Positions 29,491 to 39,128 of a stretch of 64,000 nucleotides of DNA are shown piece by piece. The DNA lies in NCBI GenBank assembly GCA_016839555.1, contig JAEOUA010000001.1, forward strand, positions 192,001 through 256,000. The letters are read 5' to 3'. The notes below the pieces were generated by a model, which saw nothing but the letters and a program-made list of their open reading frames with translations, searched no databases and was not told where the DNA came from. The position numbers and the translations under genes were made by a program. The DNA comes from Promethearchaeota archaeon (lineage in GTDB: Archaea; Asgardarchaeota; Lokiarchaeia; Sigyniarchaeales; SOKP01). Each line of letters opens with the position of its first letter. Position 1 is the stretch's first letter.

Positions 29491-29973
29491 TGTGACACGT
29501 AATTAAAAAATGTCACGAAAGTGGAATGAATTTGACAAAAACTTAATTACATTTCCGCAAACACGTAATTAAATTGATACTTAAAACTAATTGTTTTTTT
29601 CGCGTTTTTTCTTTGTCATTTTTAATTACAGATGTAATATGCATCCCAATTTTGTCATGGCAAGAATAGATAGAAATCCCTTTCTTAAGTAGAAATTTAT
29701 AGTATTATTCTCAGTTTAGTAATTTGATTTAAATTCTCTGTAGTAATTGATGTGGTGAAACATCATTATATTATGAAGAAGAATCCATCCATGAATAAGA
29801 AAAGAAGAAAGAAAATCGAATTTTGTAAAAAAGTGAAAAAATTGAATTATAATAAAGGGCTTTCTATTGAAATTCTAGCAGAACAATATGGAAAATCAAA
29901 AAGAACAATATATCGTTGGCTTAAATCAGCATCAGAACCATTAGATTTTGTGACATTTTGTGATAAAAATTGA
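29491..29973. mobile_element. Probable transposon remnant: repeated motif array plus truncated HTH ORF
   Basis: ACACGTAATTAAA at 29495 and 29561; inverted TTAATTACA at 29543 and 29622; AAAATGTCAC (~29507-29516) inverted against GTGACATTTT (29950-29959). Confidence 0.45.
29752..29973 (+). pseudogene. HTH domain resembling a transposase N-terminus, truncated
   Basis: GLSIEILAEQYGKSKRTIYRWLK; the ORF ends within the TGTGAC repeat; no DDE domain. Confidence 0.55.
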
Positions 29974-30147
29974 TTCCATAAAATCCTGATAAAAATATAT
30001 TATATATAACATAAAAAGAAGAAAAAGATTTATTTAATGAGTCAGTTCTTTAACAAGTTAGTTAAATGAATTCAAAAGAGAAGGAGAAAAACAAGAATTT
30101 CAATCAAATTATTTGTTGAAATTTATAATTTTAAGATTTAAGTTTAG

Positions 30148-31230
30148 TTATTTATTAATAAATGGAAAGTATTGAGAGATTAATTGGGCAATTCCTTCAA
30201 AATCATCCAAAATCCCATCCCAATTTTTGATTTTTTGTTTGTACTTTTTGATTAATGCCCGGGAAAAGGAATATAAAGTATTTTGTAAAAGAAAAGATGA
30301 TTGCCTTACTATTAAGCCCACAGATATCTCTTCCATAGTTTGAAAGAGTATTACGTGATCTTTCATTTTTATTTGATTAAAACCATGGGATGATTTAAAA
30401 ATTTTCATAAAAACTACTGAAAGTGCATTTAATGCCCCCCCAACTAAAATATCATCTATATCAGTAAATTTATCTTGAAATTCTTGAGAATATAAAGTTC
30501 TACCATCCTTATTTGTAATGATAAGATATAGTAAATGACTAGGATTCAAAAATACAATGTTGGGATATTGATAAAAACTAAGTCCTAATAGAAATAAGCC
30601 AATAGAATTAAAAATAAGAATCCATTCTCTATGATTGATAATTGTTGGAATTATCAATCCTATTACAATAATACATAAACCAATAAATAATAGATGAATT
30701 GCTCGCTTTTGAATTTTATGTTCAGATAATTTTCTAATCTGCCATAATGTTATTATATAATAAATAAAAACCGAGATTAGAAATGAAAAGATGAGTATTT
30801 GAATTATATAATTATATTCAAAATTATATATCCCTAAAGTTTCATCATAATAGAAATAATAGTTAGAGGGAATAAAAGCCATGAATAAATACCCTGTAAA
30901 AAAAGTACTAAAATAAAGGAAGCGGAAGAGCGGTGGTCGATCATGATTCAATAATTCTAAGAAAAGGTAAGTAATAAAAAAGGTAGCTATTCCAGTGATC
31001 CCGAATAACTGATATGCAATATATGGAAGATAAGATAATTCATTGGTAGGGAAATCGAAAATACTTATTATAATAATAGAGATGCCATTCAAAAAAACAA
31101 TGATGAAACTGCTTCCAAGTATTAATAATATTTTATTTGTTGATTTTTGATATGATATAAATGAAATTCCTAAATTAAAACAGCAAAAACCAATTTGAAT
31201 TAACCCAAGTATAAATAAAGTAAATTCCAT
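30148..31230 (-). CDS. Multi-TM (~7) membrane protein with C-terminal longin-like domain
   Basis: Hydrophobic for the first ~220 aa, then YLIITNKDGRTLYS...LVGGALNALSVVF...IKMKDHVILF...SVGLIV...FSRALIKKY. Confidence 0.7.
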   Translation of the reverse strand: MEFTLFILGLIQIGFCCFNLGISFISYQKSTNKILLILGSSFIIVFLNGISIIIISIFDFPTNELSYLPYIAYQLFGITGIATFFITYLFLELLNHDRPPLFRFLYFSTFFTGYLFMAFIPSNYYFYYDETLGIYNFEYNYIIQILIFSFLISVFIYYIITLWQIRKLSEHKIQKRAIHLLFIGLCIIVIGLIIPTIINHREWILIFNSIGLFLLGLSFYQYPNIVFLNPSHLLYLIITNKDGRTLYSQEFQDKFTDIDDILVGGALNALSVVFMKIFKSSHGFNQIKMKDHVILFQTMEEISVGLIVRQSSFLLQNTLYSFSRALIKKYKQKIKNWDGILDDFEGIAQLISQYFPFINK

Positions 31231-31454
31231 TTTTTCAATCTCTTATTATTTATTATATTATTTTATAAAATGTAATTTAAGGTTGATTTTATTTATTTTA
31301 TTTTTATAATGGTTTTGTATATTAAGGAACTTCATAAAATTAAATCATTAGGTTTTAAATAATTGGTATTCATCAAATGATTTTAAAAATTATTTAATTT
31401 TATATTCTTGCTTAAGGATAATTTTTCAACTTATGTGAAATATTTAGTTCCATC

Positions 31455-31742
31455 TTATACTATATTAGAATTTTGAGTATATAAAGGAAAAATTAATTTA
31501 ATGTAACAAAAAAATCTTTGATTACCTTGTTTTGATAAGGTTTCGTGAGATGCACTATAATGTCTATCAGGTTGATAGGGTTCTTGAGTAGAATGAGAAG
31601 AAACCATCTGCATTAAATCGCCAAGATTATAGTCTTGTTTCTGTTGAGAATTCCCACTGGGGATATCTAATTTAGTTCCACAAAACGGGCACACCTTTTG
31701 ATTAGGGGGTTCTATTTTTTCGCCACAGTATGGACAATTCAA
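31455..31742 (-). CDS. Zinc-ribbon protein, possibly truncated
   Basis: CPYCG...CPFCG followed by a Q/P/S-rich linker and an abrupt end. Confidence 0.55.
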   Translation of the reverse strand: MNCPYCGEKIEPPNQKVCPFCGTKLDIPSGNSQQKQDYNLGDLMQMVSSHSTQEPYQPDRHYSASHETLSKQGNQRFFCYIKLIFPLYTQNSNIV

Positions 31743-31899
31743 GTAGATTGCCTATTTCTTATAATTTTTGTATTCTATTAATATGTATATATTTGAGGTT
31801 TATAAAGATATAGCTTACTTTCATAAAGATTATTTGATATATAAAATTTTGAGAAGGAAAATAAAGAAGCATAAGATTAGCAATTAAGAAGCAGAGTAA

Positions 31900-32280
31900 A
31901 TTTTAATCATTACAAAGATAATTCAAACTCACCTGAAGCGGTTAAGACACCAAGTTTCCCAACTTTTAACCAGAATGGAAAAGCACGACCTAATCCAGCG
32001 AGAAGACACCCGACCCCAACTCATAACTATAATCCAGCTTGGAGAACAAAAGATTACGGATGAATGCATAAGTTCTTTTAAAACTTATTTACCTACATTA
32101 AAAATTGAAACCAAAGTAAATTCTCAACAAATACCACCCTCAAAACCAAAACCAGAATTGAGCTCAAAGTCAGATCCTAATCCTCAACCTGTAAAAAAAT
32201 CTATGATACCCCAAAAAAAAGATTCAAAAAATATTAACTCAGATCGAGCCAGAGATCGCCTCAGAATTGGAAGAGATTGA
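31900..32280 (+). pseudogene. Winged-helix protein fragment
   Basis: Frame is open upstream of the ATG: RHQVSQLLTRMEKHDLIQREDTRPQLITIIQLG (wHTH helix plus wing), then a Pro/Lys linker. Confidence 0.4.
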
Positions 32281-32453
32281 ATTACCTTATATATAAAAAT
32301 TGAATAATATATCACTAAATGCTAAATCAGAGAATTAAATGAAAATATTTTACCCATCATAAATTTTTATATAAGGTAATTACTATTTCATTATTATAAA
32401 CATTTCATTAAAAGTTTATATAATAATTAATTAAAATAAATGGTGATATCGAA

Positions 32454-33410
32454 TTGAGTAAAATACAAATTAAGGCTCCTAATACGGACGTTATTTTTGA
32501 AAAATGGAAACAACAAGCAAATCGAAAAAGAAAAAAGAAACTGGAAAAAGAATTTGGAGTAAAAGGAGCAGTTTTTAGCATAGACAATATTTCAGCTGGA
32601 GAAACTGTAAAAGATACAATGAAAGAAGCAGCCATCTATTTTGCTGTAAAAAAAACTATTGAACCTACTAAAGAAAAAGAAGAAGAAGTTATTGTTGAAC
32701 CAGAAAAGGTAAAAAAAGAAACTTTCTATGAATTTAAAAAAGATGTAATAAAAGATAATTGGAAGGGAGATGATAAAGTACCTATCTTTTCTACACTTAC
32801 TCCGAAACCTTGTCCTGAATGTAAGGGAAAAGGATTTATCGAAGAAAAATGCAAAGACTGTAAAGGAACTGGAAATATTGAGGAAGAGATGAAAATTTAT
32901 CAAGATGAGGAACAAAATAAAGAAAAAAAGGTCTTTAAATATCCTTGTGCGACTTGCTATGGAACTGGAAAAGTAAAAGAACGCTGTAAGGAATGCGGAG
33001 GCTCTAAAAATTTGTATGCCTATAAAATCAAACCTGTTCCATTTAAAAGAAAGGAAACTGGGATACCTATTTTACATAGTAGCGCCCAAACTAAATATGA
33101 GAAAGAAATCAGAGAAGATCTTCATAAATTAATAGATGAAGTAGAAGGAATTAAATTCAGTAATTTTAAAGACCTTGATAAAAAAGCAGAGCCCTCTCTT
33201 GGATATTATAACAAAAACATTAAAAAAACTACAAAAGAGGCTGGGAAAGATTATGATAAATACGAAAAAGATAAAGATACAAAAATTGTCAGTCAAATCT
33301 ATTTGTTCCCAATGATCCAATTATTCTGTGAAACGAAAAATAAAGCAAAGTCATTTGAGATTTATGCATTAGGCTCTGATAAGAATTTTATGATCTATTC
33401 AAATTTTTAA
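32454..33410 (+). CDS. DnaJ-type CxxCxGxG zinc-finger protein lacking a J-domain
   Basis: CPECKGKG, CKDCKGTG, CATCYGTG, CKECGGS; no HPD motif. Confidence 0.8.
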   Translation: MSKIQIKAPNTDVIFEKWKQQANRKRKKKLEKEFGVKGAVFSIDNISAGETVKDTMKEAAIYFAVKKTIEPTKEKEEEVIVEPEKVKKETFYEFKKDVIKDNWKGDDKVPIFSTLTPKPCPECKGKGFIEEKCKDCKGTGNIEEEMKIYQDEEQNKEKKVFKYPCATCYGTGKVKERCKECGGSKNLYAYKIKPVPFKRKETGIPILHSSAQTKYEKEIREDLHKLIDEVEGIKFSNFKDLDKKAEPSLGYYNKNIKKTTKEAGKDYDKYEKDKDTKIVSQIYLFPMIQLFCETKNKAKSFEIYALGSDKNFMIYSNF

Positions 33411-33592
33411 AATATAATCATAGTTTTTTTCTTTTATTTCAAGATTTAACTTTTTTTTATATTTTCATTTAATAACTATAAATTTAATATCAAAATATAT
33501 AAGTTTCATCTTTTATAAGTTCAAACTTATATTTAAATTATATGGTATATTTTATTATATAGAATCTTAAAATTAAAAAAAAGGTATTTAAA

Positions 33593-34222
33593 ATGGAAGT
33601 AAAGAGTGAAGAAAAGAGTTTTGAATCAAAGGGTAAAAAAACATTTTATGGATATTATTACCCTACAAATGCATTAGTGATCGCATTAATTGGAATTTTT
33701 GGAGCCTTAACATGTATTCTTACGATGATACCTCAAATTCCTGTACCTGCGACTCAAGGATATATAAATATTGGAGATGCTGCTGTTATGCTAACTGCTC
33801 TTTTATTCGGTCCAATAGTCGGAAGTCTTGCAGGAGGAATAGGTTCTGCTTTAGCTGATATTATTTTGGGTTATAGTATCTATGCTCCCGCGACCTTAAT
33901 AATAAAAGGTCTTGAAGGATTAATTGTTGGTTTAATAGCTAATCCAAGAAAAATTTCTAAACGGATTCATTATAGGGACATTATTGCGGTTGCTATAGGA
34001 GGATTAATTATGGTCTTTGGCTATTTCATATACGAAATTATTATATATGGACTCGCAGCAGCTTTGACTGAAATAGTTTTGAATGGTTTAATTCAATATG
34101 GTATCGGAATTGGCTTGTCTCTTTTAATTATCATTCCACTTCGAAAAAGTTTAAAAAATGCAATGCCTCAAGTCTTTGATAATGTTTTTATCTCAAGAAG
34201 TTCAGACTCTAATTTAGAATAA
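33593..34222 (+). CDS. ECF transporter S component
   Basis: IPVPATQGYINIGDA, GGIGSALADI..GY..YAPATLIIKGLEG. Confidence 0.9.
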   Translation: MEVKSEEKSFESKGKKTFYGYYYPTNALVIALIGIFGALTCILTMIPQIPVPATQGYINIGDAAVMLTALLFGPIVGSLAGGIGSALADIILGYSIYAPATLIIKGLEGLIVGLIANPRKISKRIHYRDIIAVAIGGLIMVFGYFIYEIIIYGLAAALTEIVLNGLIQYGIGIGLSLLIIIPLRKSLKNAMPQVFDNVFISRSSDSNLE

Positions 34223-35635
34223 AGCTATTAGCGTTTCTAACGCTTCTAACACTTTTTTTCCTTTATTTGTAATGGTGTAAAATACATTTTTACCTTCTTT
34301 TCTCCGCACAATTAATTCTTTCTCTTCTAACTCTTTAAGATGCTGATATATTGCCGGTAAACTAATAGTGCCCATCAATTCTTTTATTTTACTGCCATAA
34401 ATACCTTTTTCTTTAGAAAGAGAAATTTGAGATAAAATTTTTAATTTAGTGCTTAGAATCCCTCCCATTCCAGCTGTTTTTGCTCTTGATGAGAGAGCCT
34501 CAAGCATATATGGAGTTTTTAAGCCAGAACCAGTAATTAAACATACTATTTTTTCGTCTTTTTTAATTATTTTTTCTTGGAGAAGACTATTTAAAGCTGC
34601 GATAGTAAGAGCGGAAGCAGGTTCTGCAAAAATGCCCTCTTTACTAGCGAATTCTTCTGCAGAACTTAACATTAAATTTTCTTGAATTGCCAATGCGATT
34701 CCATTTGTTTCTTTTATAGCTTTCAATGCTAAATCTTGATAAAACGGCTCTTTTACAAGTATTCCTAATGCATAAGAGTTAATATTTTCATTGTTTTTGG
34801 TAATCTGTTCCTTAATTTTATTATATTTATTTACTATTGGCGAAGAAGTTTTGGTTTGAACTCCAATCATCTTAGGTACTTTTGAGATCTGCTTAGATTG
34901 CTTCAATTCTTTAAATCCTTTCCAGATACTTACTAATAAACCTCCACTCCCCATCGGTATAATAACCCCATCTATCTCTCCAATTTGATGAATTAATTCA
35001 TATGAGATCGTTTTTTGCCCCTCAATTGTTAATGGATTATATTCTGGAGTACATTGATAATAATTTTTATATTTTGGATTCAAAGCTTCTTGAATTGCCT
35101 CGTCAGAATATTTCCCTTTACTTTTTATTTTTGAATTATAGGCAATCATTTGAGCCTTTTTCCCCACATCTATTTTTTCAGGGATAAGATTTAGACATTT
35201 TATACCTTCAAGGGAGGCATAAGCTGCGATAGAGGCTCCTTGATTGCCATTAGATGCACACAAAACCTTGTTGTAATCAAGACTACGAGCATGTGATATT
35301 AAAAGTGCTGCAGCGCGATCTTTAAAAGAATTCGTAGGATTATGGGTCTCATCCTTAAAATATAAATTTTTAATATCCCATATTTTTCCTAATTTTTTTG
35401 ATGGTTTACATGGTGTTATCCCTTCTCCTAAACTTACAATAAAATCTTGATTTATTTCTGGAAAAATATCTCTAAAATCCCAAAAATTAGTAAATTTCCT
35501 TTCTTGATTAAAGAAATTTTGAACATTTACTTTAGGTGTTTTAACCCATAAAATCCCATTACAATTAGGACATTTATAGACAATGGAATTTAATTCAAAA
35601 CTCTTAGCACAATTAGTACAAATATAAGGTATCAA
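34214..35635 (-). CDS. thrC: Threonine synthase with N-terminal Zn ribbon and C-terminal winged helix
   Basis: SLGEGITP, PTNSFKDR, ASNGNQG, EGQKT, PMGSGG, EPASA, ITGSGLK; wHTH tail LPAIYQHLKELEEKELI. Confidence 0.85.
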   Translation of the reverse strand: MIPYICTNCAKSFELNSIVYKCPNCNGILWVKTPKVNVQNFFNQERKFTNFWDFRDIFPEINQDFIVSLGEGITPCKPSKKLGKIWDIKNLYFKDETHNPTNSFKDRAAALLISHARSLDYNKVLCASNGNQGASIAAYASLEGIKCLNLIPEKIDVGKKAQMIAYNSKIKSKGKYSDEAIQEALNPKYKNYYQCTPEYNPLTIEGQKTISYELIHQIGEIDGVIIPMGSGGLLVSIWKGFKELKQSKQISKVPKMIGVQTKTSSPIVNKYNKIKEQITKNNENINSYALGILVKEPFYQDLALKAIKETNGIALAIQENLMLSSAEEFASKEGIFAEPASALTIAALNSLLQEKIIKKDEKIVCLITGSGLKTPYMLEALSSRAKTAGMGGILSTKLKILSQISLSKEKGIYGSKIKELMGTISLPAIYQHLKELEEKELIVRRKEGKNVFYTITNKGKKVLEALETLIALF

Positions 35636-35778
35636 AGGAAGCTTTTCTCTTATTTAATTTCTTTAATTATTCCTATATTGTAAAATGTCTTAAAATATTT
35701 ATATTAATATAAATCTGGGTTTTTCTTAAATGGTAAGGATTACTTTTTGAAAGTATTTAGAATTAGAAAAAAAAGAAG

Positions 35779-36228
35779 TTAATAACTTGATTGTTCGCAA
35801 AAGCAAAATCGGGAGTTTAAAATAGTTTCTCCACATGGACATTCCTTCGGATGGCCATATTTTTCACATATTTTATTTATTGTTTCACAAGAGAATATAA
35901 GATTAAGCTTTTCGCTCTCTTCATGAGCCTTCTCTCGGCTTAGATGTATTTCTCGATATAATAACATTTCAATCAAATGTTTATGTCGCAAGATCTCTTT
36001 AGCTAACTCTTTTCCTTCACTTGTGAGTTTGACTTCATAATAGGGTTCATATTTCACTAAACCATGTGCCTTAAGTCTTCCAATACAACTTCCTAAAGTA
36101 GAATGAGGAACTTCCATTCTATTAGAAAGTTCTCCAATTTTTAGAAGGTTATTTGTTCTAAATAGAACTTTGATGACATCATAGTCTAGTTTTACCATCT
36201 TTGTTTTAATTTCTTTTTTCTTATCCAA
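35779..36228 (-). CDS. DtxR/MntR metal-dependent regulator
   Basis: GLVKYEPY..VKLT.EG...A..ILR.H.L.E, AHEES, GHPKECPCG; overlaps the ZIP gene stop. Confidence 0.88.
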   Translation of the reverse strand: MDKKKEIKTKMVKLDYDVIKVLFRTNNLLKIGELSNRMEVPHSTLGSCIGRLKAHGLVKYEPYYEVKLTSEGKELAKEILRHKHLIEMLLYREIHLSREKAHEESEKLNLIFSCETINKICEKYGHPKECPCGETILNSRFCFCEQSSY

Positions 36229-36976
36229 AGATAATTCTCACCATTAAAATTAATAATATTCCAATTATAAACGCAGAAAAATGTCCTAATCTGGTTAAAA
36301 ACGATTCACCATAATCCTCTTTTCCATGCTTTATTTCGGGAATTAAATCAGAAGCGGCAATATATATGAAATTTCCCGCGGCGAATGGTAGCAAAAAGGT
36401 TGTATCTATGCTTCCAGAAACAAAGAAAGTTATAATCCCTCCAGGAATTATAGTTAATGCAGAAATAAAGTTAAATATTAATGCATTTCTTTTTTCCCAC
36501 CCACTATGCAGAAGTACGCCATAATCACCCAATTCTTGCGGAATTTCATGAGCAGCTGCGGCTATCCATGTAATAACTCCAACTTCAAAACTAACCATAA
36601 ACGAACTTGCAATTGCTAATCCTCCAATAAAATTATGCACTCCATCTGCAACTAAAATTAAAAACCCCACAGGTTGTTTATATTCAGAAGGGACTTTATG
36701 TTGGTGTTGCCATTGTAGAAATTGTTCTAATAAAAAAAAGATAGCAAATCCAATTAGTAACCAAATGCATACAATAATAGGTTCACCGCCTTGATAAATA
36801 GATTCAGGTAATAAATGGAGAAACGCTCCGCCTAATAAAGCTCCCGCAGAGAATGCCACCAATACTAATAAAAGTTTCCGTAATATCCTTTCTTTAATAG
36901 ATAAAGTGATCAATCCTATCCAAGCTATTAGACTCATGAAAAACCCAAATAGAATTATTATAAAAAGAGTATTCAT
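36221..36976 (-). CDS. ZIP family metal transporter
   Basis: FSAGALLGGAFLHLLPE, ADGVHNF, HEIPQELGD, GNFIYIAASDLIPE. Confidence 0.93.
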   Translation of the reverse strand: MNTLFIIILFGFFMSLIAWIGLITLSIKERILRKLLLVLVAFSAGALLGGAFLHLLPESIYQGGEPIIVCIWLLIGFAIFFLLEQFLQWQHQHKVPSEYKQPVGFLILVADGVHNFIGGLAIASSFMVSFEVGVITWIAAAAHEIPQELGDYGVLLHSGWEKRNALIFNFISALTIIPGGIITFFVSGSIDTTFLLPFAAGNFIYIAASDLIPEIKHGKEDYGESFLTRLGHFSAFIIGILLILMVRIIFG

Positions 36977-37057
36977 ATAGTTTATAAGTATGAAAGTTAT
37001 ATAAATTTTACGCCATATCGTAAAAAATATTTTTTAAAAAATTAAAGTAAAAAATTA

Positions 37058-37534
37058 TTATTTCACTATTTCTTTTGAAGCAAAAGCTTTAAGAATTTTT
37101 CCATAGAAATAATGATGGCTACTAAGATCTGATTTACTGGTATCAATTACTCTGCATTCATAATTCAATAAACAATTTTTAAGTGTAGGCACTTTTATAG
37201 TTACTCCTGGAAGGGTTTCTAATCCAGCCTCATCAAACTTATTAGTATCCCTACCAGAATAGGTACCAGCAATACTTACTGCATTCCTATTAGTATCAGA
37301 GGGAATATTTATTGTAAATTGTTTCATACCTTCCGTTAATAGTTTATAAGTATATCTGCTATAAGCAACCTGAGCTCGTATTACTAAATCACCATGATGA
37401 TCTTCCATTTTTTTCCAGTCTAAAGCCATCACATTTTTATTCCCATTTGAATCCATCGAGACTAATAATGCGGTATTTTCTCTAAAATATTCAACATATT
37501 CCTTTGGATCTATTTCAATTCTATTTTCTGACAT
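37058..37534 (-). CDS. Flavin reductase-like (flavoredoxin) protein
   Basis: NVMAL.W, RYTY, FTINIP, GTYSGRDTNKF, YECRV, HHYFYGKI. Confidence 0.85.
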   Translation of the reverse strand: MSENRIEIDPKEYVEYFRENTALLVSMDSNGNKNVMALDWKKMEDHHGDLVIRAQVAYSRYTYKLLTEGMKQFTINIPSDTNRNAVSIAGTYSGRDTNKFDEAGLETLPGVTIKVPTLKNCLLNYECRVIDTSKSDLSSHHYFYGKILKAFASKEIVK

Positions 37535-37614
37535 TTTCTGTTTTCAATTTTCATTATAGGTAGTGAGAGTGATTATTGTTAAAAAATGAACTATCATTTA
37601 AAATTTTAGGACTT

Positions 37615-37938
37615 CTATTTAGGTGGCTTCATTCCAATTAATCCCATTGCTTCACCTAAATTGAAATAAACTTCCATTTCATATTGGTATCCTTCAATAT
37701 CGTGATAATCTATCATAATATTTTGCATTTTTATTAAAGCTTCATCAAGCTTACCGGTTTTTACCTCAATAACATTTAAAGATTTTATCACATTTCCCGA
37801 AACCTTAAGGGCCCCTTCTAGAATATTTTTCCTTAGAGATTTATCCGTAGGATATTTTTTTTTCTCTTCAATATAATGTTCCGCAACCTCTCTTGCTTTA
37901 TTAAAAGGAAACTGGGTTTTTATAATAATATACGGCAA
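37615..37938 (-). CDS. Hypothetical protein
   Basis: Clean ORF preceded by a GGTGA ribosome-binding-like motif; no recognised motif. Confidence 0.65.
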   Translation of the reverse strand: MPYIIIKTQFPFNKAREVAEHYIEEKKKYPTDKSLRKNILEGALKVSGNVIKSLNVIEVKTGKLDEALIKMQNIMIDYHDIEGYQYEMEVYFNLGEAMGLIGMKPPK

Positions 37939-38160
37939 ATTATCACCTTTTTTTTTAATTTTTTATTTTTTAAATTTAGATTATTTATGGTCGATTTTTT
38001 TGTTTTATAAAGATATCATAATCTAAGTAAAACTTTCATCTTTGTATAAGTTTTGATTAAAATTATTAATGCTGCTTCAAACATAGATGATTTAATAATT
38101 AAGCTGACTTTTTAGTAAATAGCTCTTTATAAATAATAATTATTGGAAAATTAGATAAAA

Positions 38161-39117
38161 ATGGTAGATATAATTTCTATAGGCGAACTTTTGGTCGAAA
38201 TAATGCGAGAAAAAGTCGATACCCCCCATAGTAAAATCGGCGCGATCTATAGAGGGCCATACCCGAGTGGGGCACCCGCAATATTTATAGATTCTGCCGC
38301 ACGGATGGCGAAACCCTTCAATATTTCTACAGGATTTATTGGTGTCGTTGGAAATGATCAGTTCGGAGAATGCATACTTCACAAATTAAAAAGGGATGGA
38401 GTTGATATTTCACAAATAAGGACTGCTAGCAATAAAACTACAGGGATTGCTTTTAATCAGTATAATTCTGATGGCTCACGAAAGTTTATTTTCGCGGCTG
38501 GTGCTGCAGGAGATACATCCCCAGATGATATTAATCCAACTTATTTTGAGAACATTAAAAATTTACATATTATGGGAAGCGCTTTATCTATTAGTGAAAG
38601 CTCAAAGGAAGCTTGCTATAAGGCTTTAAGAATTGCAAAACAAAAAAATCCAGATGTTATTATAAGTTTTGACCCAAATTTAAGGCCTGAGATGCTCGAT
38701 TTAGATACAATATTAAAGATTTCTAACCCAGTTTTGGAACAAACCAGAATTTTGTTACCGAGTGGAGAGGAGGCTGAGATGCTGGCTGGTATAAAAGGTG
38801 AAAAAAAAGCTTGTATTAATCTACTAGATAAGGGTCCCGAAATCATTGCACTAAAACAAGGAAAAAAAGGATGCACTATATTTTTAAAGGAAAATGAGCA
38901 GGGTATAAAGGTTCCTGCTTATAATGTAAAAGAGATTGATCCAACAGGTGCTGGAGATTCCTTTGGAGGTGGTTTTATAGTGGGATTTTTAAAAAATTGG
39001 GACTTAAAAAGAACCGCGAGTTTTGCTAATGCAGTAGGCGCATTGAAAGTACAATTTTTTGGACCAATGTCAAATACAACCTATGAAGAAGCAATTAAAT
39101 TGATGGAGAAAGATTAA
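38161..39117 (+). CDS. PfkB family sugar kinase
   Basis: PSGAPA, GVVGNDQFG, FDPNLRP, DPTGAGDSFGGG, ANAVGA. Confidence 0.93.
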   Translation: MVDIISIGELLVEIMREKVDTPHSKIGAIYRGPYPSGAPAIFIDSAARMAKPFNISTGFIGVVGNDQFGECILHKLKRDGVDISQIRTASNKTTGIAFNQYNSDGSRKFIFAAGAAGDTSPDDINPTYFENIKNLHIMGSALSISESSKEACYKALRIAKQKNPDVIISFDPNLRPEMLDLDTILKISNPVLEQTRILLPSGEEAEMLAGIKGEKKACINLLDKGPEIIALKQGKKGCTIFLKENEQGIKVPAYNVKEIDPTGAGDSFGGGFIVGFLKNWDLKRTASFANAVGALKVQFFGPMSNTTYEEAIKLMEKD

Positions 39118-39128
39118 TTTAATTCTTT

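Noticed and set aside
32454-33410. dnaJ
   Set aside because: No J-domain HPD motif or G/F-rich region.
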